Part shown: positions 14,928 through 29,277 of the stretch, piece after piece | Position numbering within the stretch: the first letter of the stretch is position 1 | Layout: the number at the start of each line of letters is the position of its first letter | NCBI GenBank assembly: GCA_951406725.2 | Contig: OX597827.1 | Location: forward strand, 27,776,001 to 27,840,000 | Reading direction: 5' to 3' | DNA from: Octopus vulgaris | Taxonomy: Eukaryota | DNA length: 64,000 bases | Position numbers and translations under genes: made by a program | Notes under the pieces: model-generated | The model's database searches: none | Told to the model about the DNA's origin: nothing | Seen by the model: only the letters and a program-made list of their open reading frames with translations

Positions 14928-15850
14928 TTGGAATTTACAAACAAACGACGAAGATGGGTGTGTAAACAACAAACAGATATATTTGTTAACACTCGGGAAG
15001 TGAGACAGTCTTTTACGTTTCGAGCCTACACTCTTCAACAGAAAGGAACACAAAAATAAGCAGGGAGGGAAAATAGAAAAAGGTTTAGTGGCTAACGATC
15101 TATAATGGCAAATGCCGGACAGAGGGATCACACAGGAGAGTTAGGAAGAAGGGGATATAATAAAGTAGTGGTGATCCCAAAATGAAGGTGCGCGTGCGTG
15201 TGTATGTGAGAGCGTCTGTAAGAGGGCTGGTGACATTGACGTGTGCGTGTGTGCATGTATAGGTGTGTGGATGATGGCGTAGGTGCTGGAAAGTAGCCAG
15301 TGCTAGTGTGTGCGCTAGTGTGGGTACTGTGAAGTGGTCAGTGCCAGTGTGTGGGGGGTATGGTGTTGTGTGGTGAGATGGTATATGGTGTCTGGGGTGG
15401 TGTGGTGTAGTGTTGTTGCGGTGTGGGTGAGGCGAGAGTGGGGGAAGCAAGGGTCGGAGTCTAAGATTTGGGGTGGAGGTCTAAGCGTTGGGGAGGAGGC
15501 AGGATGGGATGTATAGGGATGGTGAGGTTGGAATGTGTAGGGGTGGGGTAACGATGGAGGGTGATGATGAAGGGAGAGGGTGGAAGTGAGAAGGTAGGTA
15601 GGAGTGATGAGAAGAAGTAGGTGCCAGAGCAAGAGAGGAGAGTGGGTGAGAGGAAGTAGAGGAGAGAGGATGAGGGTTAGATGAAGAGGGGATGAGAGTT
15701 GAGCCGATGTGGTGCGAAGGAGAGAAGAGAGAAGGTTAATCTCTGCTCAGTGCGAAGACAGGAGTCCTGATGGCTCCTGTGCAAGAACAATCTGAACACA
15801 GACAGATATTGTAAAGAGAGACCGGTAAAGCGGAAAAGACTTTCTAGATA
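14928..15850 (-). mobile_element. PLE 3' fragment: endonuclease C-terminus, C/A-rich UTR, HHR-like pLTR
   Basis: Minus strand ..TEQRLTFSLLSFAPHRLNS resembles a PLE GIY-YIG C-terminus; HHR-like motif at 15010-15045; related copy at 44050-44670 (+). Confidence 0.7.
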
Positions 15851-16272
15851 TGCTGCACTAAAGATGGGAAATAAGTAAGTAAATATAACTTTACTTTAAT
15901 CTCGAAACGCGTATGTAGCTAATCTGAGTCGTGTAGATTCATTATTTTTTTCTTTTTGCCTACGCAAAAATGTGTGTTAATGTCTGGGGATCTTTATGGT
16001 AGTAGAAAGGGCATTTTAACTCCTATTTCTAAATTCTGTGCGTGGCGAAGCAATTAGCTGACCCCTGATTATAATTATGTTTATAATTATTGAATATTTA
16101 TATGATTTTACCTAAAAAGGTTATTTCAGCATACCGAGCTACTTGGTACTATTATTAATTATTAATTGATTAATTGATTAATTAATTAATTTTACCCTTT
16201 TATTGTTATTGAAATATATATATACATATAAATATAAGCTTATAAAATGTTACATACTTATATATGCATATA

Positions 16273-16354
<82 letters not shown>

Positions 16355-16562
16355 AATAAGAAAATGGAGGGGAACAATAGGTGGTTCATCAACTTTTAGA
16401 CATTATATTATGTCAACTTATTTATTTACTAAAATGACATTTACAAGAATATACATACATGTATAAAAAAACTTGTGTATTAATAATTGGGTATTCTACC
16501 AGCAGTATATTGGATAGATATTATCCCTTAGTTAGTTGGATTCACAACCTCTAAATTTCTTG

Positions 16563-16632
<70 letters not shown>

Positions 16633-16999
16633 GTATGTATTATGTATGTATGTATGTATGTATGTATGTATTCGCACATACACAAGAATATATGACAAGT
16701 ACTGCATGCACGCACATATACGCATTTATACGCATGTGTATCATGATTTAATACTCGCACACACATGGTTACATGCTTGAATACATAGACACACGCATGA
16801 GCACATACATCTAAATACACACATTTGCCGTCATTCACGCACTCAAACCCCCCCCCACACACACACACACATAAACACACGGATACACACATGGTCAAGC
16901 GTGCGTAAATATACATACACAATAGGTACACATGCCCACCAGACATACACACACACACATGAAAATGGTTTCCTATACTAGCACAAGGCTCAAAATTAG

Positions 17000-17172
17000 G
17001 GATTGGGACTAACTCGATTATATCGACGTCAGTATTCAAATGGTACTTATTTTATCGTCCGCGAAGGACGAAAGGCAAAGTCGAATCCGGTGGCATTTGA
17101 ATTCAGGCTGTTAAGACCAACAAAATGTCGCTTTTAATCGGAATGCTAACGATTTGATCAGCTCAACGCCTT
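17000..17172 (-). mobile_element. SINE family B, diverged
   Basis: Reverse complement resembles 34311-34495 (TTCAAAT.CC.CCG..TCGACTTTGCCTTTC.TCCTT..GATAAAATAAGTACC). Confidence 0.6.
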
Positions 17173-17354
17173 AAACATAGACATCACACTGAAACCGAAT
17201 GACGTCAGTGAGCCGTTTAACTCACAGATTATTTACGCATAGTTCTGGATTTTTTTCCGACATTTTTTTGTTGTTAAAGACATTTCTGTCTCCCTTTCTC
17301 TGGCATTTCCTGTCTTATTTTAGACTTCCTTTTTCTCACACACTCTATTATGCG

Positions 17355-17421
<67 letters not shown>

Positions 17422-17549
17422 ATATATATATATATATACATATATACATACGTACATATATATGTATAAATATATATATATACATATATATAAACATAAA
17501 TATATATATATATGTATATATATACATATATATGTGTATATATATATAC

Positions 17550-17631
<82 letters not shown>

Positions 17632-18318
17632 CTGCGCGTGTGTTTATGTATATATATATATATACTTTATTAAAAAGCAGCAAAAATATCACAAAAACTG
17701 TTACTCAGAGTTCCACGTACGCGTTCGTCGGACAGTTTTGTTTAGAATATATTTATGAGTGTGTGTGTTTGTGTGTTTTAAACATCCATCCATCCATGTA
17801 CACATTTACGTCCTCAGACATGTATATAAACGAATACACACGCACACACACACACACACACACAATACATCAATCTATCTATCAAACCTCTCACCCCCAC
17901 AATCCCTTCCGTTTACCATTCAGATATGTTTCATTCCTTGGACGAAACCTCAACAAACAGCTCAAACTTGACCTTGCCAGTAATCTATACATATACATAT
18001 ACATACACACACACACATATTACAAATCAAGGAGACTACTTGCGATTAAAAAACAAAACAAAAATCACAATCGGCGAATTAGTTTTATTTTATTATTTAT
18101 GTATTTATTTTGTTGTTGTTTATTGAGGGTTATATATATATTTTGTGTGTATTTTGTGTTCCGAAATCAATATCACACGTTGAATTGAGTGACTGAATGT
18201 CGCAGGGTGGAAGTGATTACAATCCAATTTTGGCAGAAGAGATCGGGTGTGTGTGTGTGTTTATGCGAGTACCATTGTTTGTGCGTATGTGCATGTGTAT
18301 GCGTTTATGTATATAAGT

Positions 18319-18399
<81 letters not shown>

Positions 18400-18492
18400 T
18401 AAACATATATGTGTGCGTGCATGTATGAATTCATGTGAACGAGTGGATTTACGTTATGTATGTATATGAATACATACATACATAATTCATAT

Positions 18493-18562
<70 letters not shown>

Positions 18563-18567
<5 letters not shown>

Positions 18568-19248
18568 TAAATCTCTGGGCGAGATATAAACAGTAACTGC
18601 TCTATAACATAAGAGGGATCAGTCATCTGAATGTGGCTAGGGTCAGGGCGGGGTGGTGGGGGTGTTACTGATGCATTTAGCCCCAAGCGAACATCGACGT
18701 CACCAGAAGAGCTGACACCATCTCGGTGTCCTTGCCAGCCAGCAAAGGGAGATCAGCCTCCCCGAAGATACGGATACTACACACGGACCGGTTTCGAGGT
18801 TATTGCCTCTTGTCAACGTATGGTAAGTACCGCTCTTCGTTGAGGGACTTCCTCTACCGGCTGGATGGCTGATCCCTCTTATGTTATAGAGCAGTTACTG
18901 TTTATATCTCGCCCAGAGATTTATTATTGTTTTCGAACAGATTTTCTACGCCAGTGACTGTGGTTACTGTGAAAATCTATATATATATCCAGCCGGTAGA
19001 GGAAGTCCCTCAACGAAGGGCGGTGCTTACCATACGTTGACAAGAGGCAATAACCTCGAGACCGGTCCGTGTGTAGTATCCGTATCTTCGGGGAGGCTGA
19101 TCTCCCTTTGCTGGCTGGCAAGGACACCGAGATGGTGTCAGCTCTTCTGGTGACGTCGATGTTCGCCTGGGGCTAAATGCATCAGTAACACCCCCACCAC
19201 CCCGCCCTGACCCTAGCCACATTCAGATGGCTGATCCCTCTTATGTTA
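18563..19248. mobile_element. PLE-type inverted pLTR remnant in (TA)n
   Basis: Near-identical inverted arms ~18600-18868 and ~18985-19248, extra inverted segment 18864-18926, HHR motif in each arm. Confidence 0.8.
18780..18822 (-). ncRNA. Type-I HHR, U3-A8 core
   Basis: catacg-TTGACAA-GAGG-caataa-CCTC-GAAAC-cg-GTC-cgtgtg; the + copy at 19031-19073 has GAGA instead of GAAA. Confidence 0.8.
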
Positions 19249-19303
19249 TATATATATATATATTCTTCTTTCCCCGTCTGTCTTGATAGACAATGGGTCG
19301 CGC

Positions 19304-19403
19304 NNNNNNNNNNNNNNNNNNNNNNNNNNNNNNNNNNNNNNNNNNNNNNNNNNNNNNNNNNNNNNNNNNNNNNNNNNNNNNNNNNNNNNNNNNNNNNNNN
19401 NNN
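19304..19403. other. Assembly gap (100 N)
   Basis: Run of N. Confidence 1.
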
Positions 19404-19692
19404 AATCTGAGTATATAAAACTGAGCCCTGCACGCAGTTGACATATAATACCCAGTGAGGCCTTGAACATACTTTGTCCGAAGAATAGTGTTTATCAATT
19501 TGAGTAGCAGCAATATTTTGGCGGAGCAAACATATATGCAAACATGTTACAAGTTCAAATATGTTTCAAGCAGATTCGAACCTGTAAGATAGCTATTCAC
19601 AGTATCTTGTCATGGAGAAAACTTACTCCCTGTAGATAAAGAGGTGTAAATACGCTAAGTCAGTTCGGAGAGCCTTTTAAGCAGTCTGATAG

Positions 19693-19730
19693 ATGTATAT
19701 ATTTCGGAGTGGTTATCGCCTCTTCAGCAT
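19693..19730 (-). ncRNA. Minimal type-I HHR motif
   Basis: atg-CTGAAGA-GG..CC-GAAAT-at-ATA-cat. Confidence 0.55.
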
Positions 19731-19929
19731 TAGACAATGGAAAGGGATACGCTACGAACTGACGAAATATAGATATCTCTTATTACATTCCCGTCATCGA
19801 ACAGTGACTGATAGCGCTGAACAGTGAAGCACTAAAAACTGATGTGAATAATTACAAATTGTTACCAGTTCAGATGTGTTTGAAACATTCAACGAGTTGG
19901 AGTGGGAAATCATCCCACCCAGGCAATGT

Positions 19930-21190
19930 TTGAAAAACTAGGAAGAAAGAACGGTGGTGTTGACACTCTAAGACACTCGACACCATTGCGGTCTTTCCTC
20001 AGACAGAAATTGAAAAAGAGTTAGCAGAAAATCTGCCAACTATTAGGTTTACTTCTAGGGGTGTTAGTTATGCAACGGAGTGGTTGCTATTTGTCACCCT
20101 TGAGGTGACTCGCAAATTTGCGAGTCAGCCCTTAGAAGGGCAAAAGATTATGTTTCTTCTCACATATTGTGGAAAGAAATTAACAACAGCTTGGGCATTG
20201 AACCGGAACGGCTAGAGGATACTATCCGCCGGGGTCTGGATGGCAGCGGGCCCAAGCTTTTAAATGTGAAATTGTAGCCGGCGGCTGATTGGGTGGGGTC
20301 AAAAGCGGTTTTGACCCTACTGACCCAATCAGCCACTAAGATCTGGCATTTCCAGATTTTCTGAAAATGGCCGGTGGCAGGTACCTAGTGATACTTGAGT
20401 GACGCCACCCCCAAGTGTCACCTGTGCCTGGAATCGGGCCATATTAAGGAGAACCGTCCCCAAGACCAAAGTAGGGTTCTGGAGCAGTTAATAAAAGTAG
20501 CGCCCCCATCCTACTTTGGAAGGAGAAATGGAGGCAGTCAAGGAGGTGGAGACCTCCTCGATAAAAGGAAAAAAGGAAGAAGGTGGGCAACAATGGTTGC
20601 CCAGGGAAGTACTCCAAAGCTGCGGGAGGGAGGGAAAATCCTCCGGATAAAGTGGAGGAACTACACAGTCCCGTAGCATAAGGGAGGAAAAATAAAGAAA
20701 AAACAAAGAATGGAATATTGCCGGCAGCTGGTAGTACACTGCCGGCATGTCCTGAAACCTCGTCGGTGGGAATTGTGCCGCCGACGGAGGAAACTGTGGC
20801 CCCCTCACAGTGTGATGAAGGATGGTTTTGTGATCTTCTTTCATGAGACAGGGGCGGTACAGAGCTTTGTAAAGAAGCTAGAGGGTTGGAGGGAGGGGGT
20901 CCTGTCCTGGGCTGAAGACACGGATTAGCTTCCGCAGGTAACTGCGGAGGTCATAATGGAGGAACTGTTCAGGGTAATGGACTCCTTTCCCAAGGACCAA
21001 TGTAGGTTCGCCTTCTGGAGCCCCGACTTGGAACGGCAGAATTGCCTGCGGGAGGCATACAGCCTGGTCGGGGAGGAAAGATAAGAGGCCTTAGTGACTC
21101 AATTTGAATTTGAATTTGTATTATTTGTATTTTTTGGTTAGAGGCTCAGCACCTCAATTTCTAAGGACAATTTCGTTTAAAAATATAAGA
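19930..21190 (+). pseudogene. Degenerate ORF1-like (zinc knuckle) retroelement
   Basis: EIEKELAENLPTIRFTSRGVSYATE..QPLEGQKIMFLLTYCGK aligns by eye with the 54374 ORF (EIEKCLGD..DRGKKYGTVEV..PTYKGK); PKCHLCLESGHIKENRP is a decayed CCHC; no RT follows. Confidence 0.65.
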
Positions 21191-21252
<62 letters not shown>

Positions 21253-21616
21253 GATTGATTGATTGATTGATTCTAGTTTCAGCTTATGAGCTGTGGTCAT
21301 GCTGGGGCACCGCCATTTCAAACATATCCATTATCCAAACATCTATATACATACATATATATATAAGTATATATGCATAAATATAGATACTTATGTATAT
21401 ATACATACGTATATGTTTGTATAAGTATATACACATAAAGATATATTTATATATATATACATTTGTAGAAATGTATATCTCTACTTGTATACATATAAAT
21501 ATAGAAATATATATGCATATGTATATATGGAGATATGATATATATGCGTACTCATATAATATATACATATATGAATATATTCATAGATACAAATACATAT
21601 ATATATATATATATAA

Positions 21617-21805
21617 TTTGTTTCAGTCGTTTGACTGCGGCCATGCTGGAGCTCCGCCTTTGGTAGAACAAATTGACCCCTGGACTTTGTAAGCCTACTA
21701 CTTATTCTATCGGATCTCTTTTGCCGAACCTGCTATGTTACAATGACGCAAGCAAACCAACGCCGGTTTTCAAGTGATGGTGGGGGGACAGACACAGACA
21801 CAAAT
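21617..21805 (-). mobile_element. Family A SINE tail
   Basis: TTCAGTCGTTTGACTGCGGCCATGCTGGAGCTCCGCC. Confidence 0.8.
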
Positions 21806-21819
21806 AACAAATACATACA

Positions 21820-21877
<58 letters not shown>

Positions 21878-21884
21878 TATGTAT

Positions 21885-21935
<51 letters not shown>

Positions 21936-22072
21936 TACAGAGAGATAAAACTTACTGGTAGATGATGCGTGGTGTTCAACCATATAATAATATAAATAAT
22001 ATATAAATAATATAAATGATATATACATACTTATATGTACATACTTACATCTATACGTATATATATATATAT

Positions 22073-22893
22073 ATAATTAATTAATAAGGGTGAGAGAATT
22101 AGATACTAATTTAATAGTATATTTATTCAACACCAAGTGGCCTAGTGCTTCGAGAAACCTGGATTATTATAATATTTTATAACATATTATAATATTTTTA
22201 CAAAATAAATATAGTGACCACTCTCTTATATTTATTTTGTAAAAATATTATAATATGTTATAAAATATTATAATAATCCAGGTTTCTCGAAGCACTAGGC
22301 CACTTGGTGTTGAATAAATATACTATTAAATTAGTATCCACTCTCTTATATTTATTTTGTAAAAATATTATAATATGTTATAAAATATTATAATAATCCA
22401 GGTTTCTCGAAGCACTAGGCCACTTGGTGTTGAATAAATATACTATTAAATTAGTATCTAATTCTCTCACCCTTATTAATTAATTATAATTATGCTGCAT
22501 TTATTTCTAAATGCTGTATTTGTTTTCCGTGAAAGTTTGGCGCGCTGTTGGTTGGGGCATTTGAATTATAACGTCGGATGTAATCAATTGAACCACACGC
22601 GTATTTATCGTTATGGTAAAATCTGGCGTGTGATTGAGTGGATTTCATCCAGATAGTCTTGGCTGACGAGCTACAAATGGATTTTTTTGTAAGTAAAATT
22701 ACATTTAATTCATTAATAGCGAAACAATTGTCCCAAAATAATCTGTATTTTTGTTATTTTTATTTGCCCTGTCCGTGTGAGCTAACAATCGTACTGACTT
22801 TCATGGTAAGCATGTATTTTCGTGGTTGAAACCTTTTGGATTAACTGGTGCTAGAGTGAGCAATATAGTGACCACTCTCTTATATTTATTTTA
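22073..22893. mobile_element. Inverted plus tandem duplication unit in (TA)n (PLE-like layout)
   Basis: 22073-22215 is inverted at 22345-22490; 22218-22337 is a tandem copy; AATATAGTGACCACTCTCTTATATTTATTTT recurs at 22862. Confidence 0.6.
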
Positions 22894-22968
22894 TATATAT
22901 ATATATATATTTGTAAAAAAGAAGTTTGAAAACGCCACTATATTAGATAAATTTTAATTTTCTTATGA

Positions 22969-23013
22969 ATTTTACATGTTTCGGTTCTTGAAAAAACGAA
23001 CCTTATCAAAAAT
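22969..23013 (-). ncRNA. Type-I HHR, U3-A8 core
   Basis: Reverse complement of the 24139-24183 motif. Confidence 0.8.
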
Positions 23014-24138
23014 ATTATTGAAAAATATCATAAAAAGTGTAATGGAGAAGAAAAGTGTAATGGAGAAGTTCATAATCGTTTCTTACTGTTAATCGCTATA
23101 TTCCTGTTGAGTGTATTGAAGAAGTCCATTATTGTTTCTTGCTGGTATTAAAAGGAACCGCTTTTTTGTTACTTTGTGTTCCAATGGTAGCAACAGTAGT
23201 GATTGTTGGTCGTAGTAGTTGGTCGTAAATTTGGCGACCTTGGTGGTGGTTGGTTGGGGTTAGTAGTAGAGGAGGACTGTTGATCGAAGCAGCAAAAAGT
23301 GGTGGGTTCACTGGCACTGTTCACTGACGTCACATAATTCCAAACCAATCAAAACCAAACTTCAACGAATAAAAGGTAAAGACCCCCAACTGTATCCTGA
23401 ATGGAAACCAACCAAGGAGAACGACAAGCTTGACCACGGAAGAAAAACGTCATCAATTTTTTAACGAATCAATATTAGCTCTGACCCATAACTGTATCCT
23501 GTAAGGAAACTAACCAAGCAGAACGACAAGTTTGACCACGGAAGAAAAACGTCATCAATTTTTTAACGAATCCAAATCAGATCTGCTCGTAGAAAAAAAT
23601 TTTCTGTATAAATTTTTTCTACGAGCAGATCTGATTTTGATTCGTTAAAAAATTGATGACGTTTTTCTTCCGTGGTCAAACTTGTCGTTCTGCTTGGTTA
23701 GTTTCCTTACAGGATACAGTTGGGGGTCTTTACCTTTTGATTGGTTTGGAATTATGTGACGTCAGTGAACAGTGCCAGTGAACCCACCACTTTTTGCTGC
23801 TTCGATCAACAGTCCTCCTCTACTACTAACCCCAACCACCACCAAGGTCGCCAAAATTACGACCAACTACTACGACCAACAATCACTACTGTTGCTACCA
23901 TTGGAACACAAAGTAACAAAAAAGCGGTTCCTTTTAATACCAGCAAAAAAACAATAATGGACTTCTTCAATACACTCAACAGGAATATAGCGATTAACAG
24001 TAAGAAACGATTATGAACTTTTCAATTTTCACTTTGTATAATATTTTTGATAAGGTTCGAGACCAGTTAGAAGCGATTATGAACTTCTCCATTACACTTT
24101 TCTTCTCCATTACACTTTTTATAATATTTTTTAATAAT

Positions 24139-24183
24139 ATTTTTGATAAGGTTCGTTTTTTCAAGAACCGAAACATGTAAAAT
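24139..24183 (+). ncRNA. Type-I HHR, U3-A8 core
   Basis: attt-TTGATAA-GGTTC-(10 nt)-GAACC-GAAAC-at-GTA-aaat. Confidence 0.8.
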
Positions 24184-24273
24184 TCATAAGAAAATTAAAA
24201 TTTATCTAATATAGTGGCGTTTTCAAACTTCTTTTTTACAAATATATACCTCTTGTATACGATCTACTCTTAT

Positions 24274-24391
<118 letters not shown>

Positions 24392-24557
24392 TATGTGGGC
24401 ACAGGACGTCACGAAACGTGTACAACAAAAACATACAAAGTACGAGTACGTGGAACATGAACTATTCTTTCGAACAACGAAAGACAAAAATAGAAAACTA
24501 AACAAACAACATAATGAACCACCCTTCATCATTTGTTCACTGTTTTTCTAGTCTCAT

Positions 24558-24627
<70 letters not shown>

Positions 24628-24772
24628 TAGTTATATTATACATATATATATATCGAGAGAGAAAGTACGTAACCTAATGTCACTTAATATGTTTATACAT
24701 ACATACACATATGTGTGTGGCTGTAGGCGAATACGTACACTTACCGACACACATTACATCGTAGATATAGAA

Positions 24773-24812
<40 letters not shown>

Positions 24813-24817
<5 letters not shown>

Positions 24818-24904
24818 GCATAGCTCCAACATGATTCTACACTGTTTCTTCAAACTTCACTTATCCCCGAGTAAATACGTGTATGCATGTTGTTGTTGTA
24901 TGTG

Positions 24905-24949
<45 letters not shown>

Positions 24950-25040
24950 ACATACAACAACAACATGCATACACGTATTTACTCGGGGATAAGTGAAGTT
25001 TGAAGAAACAGTGTAGAATCATGTTGGAGCTATGCAAATT
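24813..25040. repeat. Palindrome centred on (TA)n
   Basis: ~92-bp arms 24813-24904 and 24948-25040, essentially exact reverse complements. Confidence 0.9.
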
Positions 25041-25339
25041 AACAGCAGCAGCGGCGTGCAATGGATGTGTTAAATATAACGACTGTAAGTGTCCACTCAC
25101 TGAACTGAAAAATGAAAACGAATTAGTCAGGGGTTCGAAAACAGAAATGGTTCTTCCAGAAAACTCTGTTAGTTTTAGTTCTTTAATGTTTTATTAGTCA
25201 TTTTATTGGTTTATTATTTTTATTTTATTTTTGTTTATATCTTTTCCTTTTGTTTTGGATGGCTTCTTGTTATCTTTCTTTGATTTTCCTTTGGCTTTCG
25301 ATATTTTTTGTCTTATTTTTGTTTAGTTTATTTATTTAG

Positions 25340-25396
<57 letters not shown>

Positions 25397-26282
25397 TACA
25401 TATATGTATGTATATATTCGTTTCATTTCTTTCTTATACAAGAGTTGATTTTTGGTAAGAAAAACCTTCCGATGCGCGTCTAAAGTTGAACTGGACTGTA
25501 ACAACATGACTGCTAGGAAAAAGAAAACAACAAAAGATGAAAAAAAAGTAATAATAAACAAGAAACGAATAAAAGAAAAAATTCTTTCACATTTATCGCT
25601 TTGTTGCTTAAGCAACACCACCGCCGCCGCCGCCACCACCGCCACCACCACCGCCACCACCACCACCGCCACCACCACCACCGCCACCACCACCACCAAC
25701 AACAATAATAATAATGAGGATAACAATAACAGATATAATATTAACAACAATGTCGATGTAACAATGATAGTAACAATGATAATAATGGGAATAATAAGCA
25801 GGGATTAAAATAATCATTTCGGAAAGTAAGATGAAATAAATATGTAATAAAATTAAAATTGTTACATGTGTGATTCGGAAAGTGGAGAAGAGTATAAAGG
25901 AAAAGGAGTTGAATATAAAAGGGATTAGTGTGACTGTACACACACACGCAAATATCTGTTGTTAGTGTCCTGTTGTTTGTATTTGTAACTGTGTGCCATT
26001 TCTCCGTTTTCTTTATTTTCGTCCTTGCTTTCGTATACATTCACTTGCTTTCTTCCAAGGAGTCTTGTTTTCTTAGTGCTGGCCAGATTGGAGCTGTCTC
26101 GAGTGTAACCAGCCGAAACTGCAAAGGCGATCTGGAACTTGATTGAGGATAGGAAACTCCGAATGACCCGTCCTTGTTTTTTTCTGTCCTCATTTGTATC
26201 GTGTAACTGTCCGGATGTTTTGTTGTCGCCTGAATGTGCGTGTTCCAATTTTTTGTTTTCTTCATATATATATATATATATA

Positions 26283-26326
<44 letters not shown>

Positions 26327-28008
26327 TGTATGTGTGTGTGTATGTGTGTGTGTGTGTGTGTGTGTTTGTGTGTGTGTTTGTGTGTGTTTGTGTGTGTACT
26401 ATACGTAGTGGTTCTTGAATGTTGTGTAGTGTTACTCATAAATTAAATTGGTAACTATCTAGGAGCAGATTGTTAGAATAGTATAGTATTTTATAAAGAC
26501 GGGTAGACAAAGATAACGATTCATAATTCTAAAGGGTGGAGTTTGTCTTATATATATATATAACGAAGATAAATATGTGAGAAAGGGTGGATGGAGAAAT
26601 TGCAAAAGAATAAAAGTTGGCAGCAAAGAAAGATCAAACATTTGTTATTAGACACGAAAATAAAGCCTAAAGCACAATATACATAAATTCATATATATGT
26701 ACATGTATATAGACTCACATATATATAGATATAGATATGTACATGAATTGTTCGAAATACGGATTAGAAAAACATCCGACAACTGATAAAGGGTCGTTCC
26801 TTGTGCTGCTTGTCTTGTTTTCCATTTGTTTCTTTCGTTGCTTGCAAAGTTCTTATTCTATGTCCTCGTACTTCGTATTTTTTGTTATGTTTTGTGACGC
26901 CCTGTGCTCACATATGTATATACGTATACATGTAAGTAGATCGCTAACATCTCACATTCTCACATCCGCCATGTTAATTTCGGCTAGAATTTCACGACGG
27001 AAATTTAACTCGGTCATCTGAACCGCTCAAACAAACACATACTGTTTAATATTAAACACACACATTGGATACTTAACGCCAATTCCTGAAAGAAATGAGC
27101 AAGCAAGAAAATAATGAAAAAACAAAAAGAACGAAAGAAAAATGGCAACTAAAACCCGGAGCTTTGTTAACTGCAATGCCTCTGATGATAGGTCTGTCTG
27201 ATTAGAATCAACTCAGGGCTAATCAAGAGCAACATTTCACTGCTCCAACGTATAATATTTAATACATCATCGATTATATTAGTGCGACAGTTTCTGATTA
27301 CTGCACACTTTAGTTTTATTACAGAAGTAATTTGCCTTCCTCGTTCTAAATTGTGATTTTGTAAAGTGGAGCTAATAATTAAGCAGATCACCCTCATATG
27401 CAGCCTGATCTTCATCTGTTTCTGTTCAATGTTCGAAACATCTAGTCTTAATCTAACAGGTAGGTTTCTGCGACTCCAACCTCTAATTAAATACAGCAAC
27501 TACAACACCAGCAACAACAACAATCACAGGCAGCCCCAAAAGTTAGCAGAAGGAGCGCTATTAACGGGAGCAATAACATCAACATCAGAAACAATTGAGA
27601 CGATTACGGCAAGATTGGCTTGAAACAAGAAGAGCAGCAGCACTTACAGTAGCAGGAACACCAGCAGCAGTAGCAGCAGCGGCGGTAGTAAATCAGGTGT
27701 TGAACTCTTGATTTATTATGCCAACATGGCTCCTCCATTTTTACTTCAATAATCATCCCGTTTCTTCACACATCTGCTCAGTTTAATTTACGTAAGTGAG
27801 GCTTAATTATCTTTTCCATGAATTTTCACCCAGATAATTAGCGAACCTACCTACTTACCTACCTGCCTACCAACCTTCTTACACACACGCATATATGCAT
27901 ATATATACATATATATAAATATAGATACATATATATATATACACATGTATATATATATACATATACATACATATATATATACATACATACATATACATAT
28001 ATATATAC

Positions 28009-28047
<39 letters not shown>

Positions 28048-28066
28048 TGCATATATATATATATAG

Positions 28067-28102
<36 letters not shown>

Positions 28103-28542
28103 ATACATATATATATATACATATATATACATATATATACATATATATATATACATATATATACATACATAGATATATATACATATATATATACATATAT
28201 TTATACATACATATATATACATATATATATATATGTACGAGGTATATAAGATATATATCTTATATACATATATATAAGATATATATATATACTTACCTAA
28301 CTGGCTGCCTACATATCTATTTCTTCAATCTAAACACAATTACGAGCCTTCACATACAAGCGCTTGCACACACACGCACATGCACACACACACACACACA
28401 CATACACATGCATGCGGGTACCTAATCAATCCCATTTTTCAAATGATACAGAGCAGATACAACAAAAGAGTACATAAACGCACACGAACAATAATAACGC
28501 GTGCACTCGGACACACACTCACGCACGCACACATATATATAT

Positions 28543-28610
<68 letters not shown>

Positions 28611-28789
28611 TGTATATTCTCTTCTCCATTTTCTAGTTTCAGAATCTAGACTACGGCCATGCTGCAGCACCGTCTTTAACGGTTTTAGTCGAAGAATTCT
28701 TACTTTTTTGCCGAACTGCTATGTTAAGGTGTCATAAACACACCATCATCGGTTGTCAAGCGAGGGCGGAGATGCGTGCACACACGCAG

Positions 28790-29130
<341 letters not shown>

Positions 29131-29134
29131 TATA

Positions 29135-29182
<48 letters not shown>

Positions 29183-29277
29183 CTTCTTCTAGTTGAACAC
29201 AGAAGCGTGTGGTTGGGAAGCAAGCTTAATACCAGGCAGCGACGTCTGCGCGCATATATATATATACATATATAAAT

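Larger units (their letters stand above)
22907..24245. mobile_element. ~1.3-kb foldback PLE pLTR pair in (TA)n
   Basis: Arms invert about a centre at ~23607, with small internal duplications; HHR near each outer end. Confidence 0.85.

Noticed and set aside
22073-22490. HHR in this inverted unit
   Set aside because: No CUGANGA or UUGANAA core found
24395-26915. Further HHR-like remnants (24470-24545, 26140-26170, 26780-26860; also 15900, 29670, 58175)
   Set aside because: Cores too degenerate to call, though probably PLE-derived
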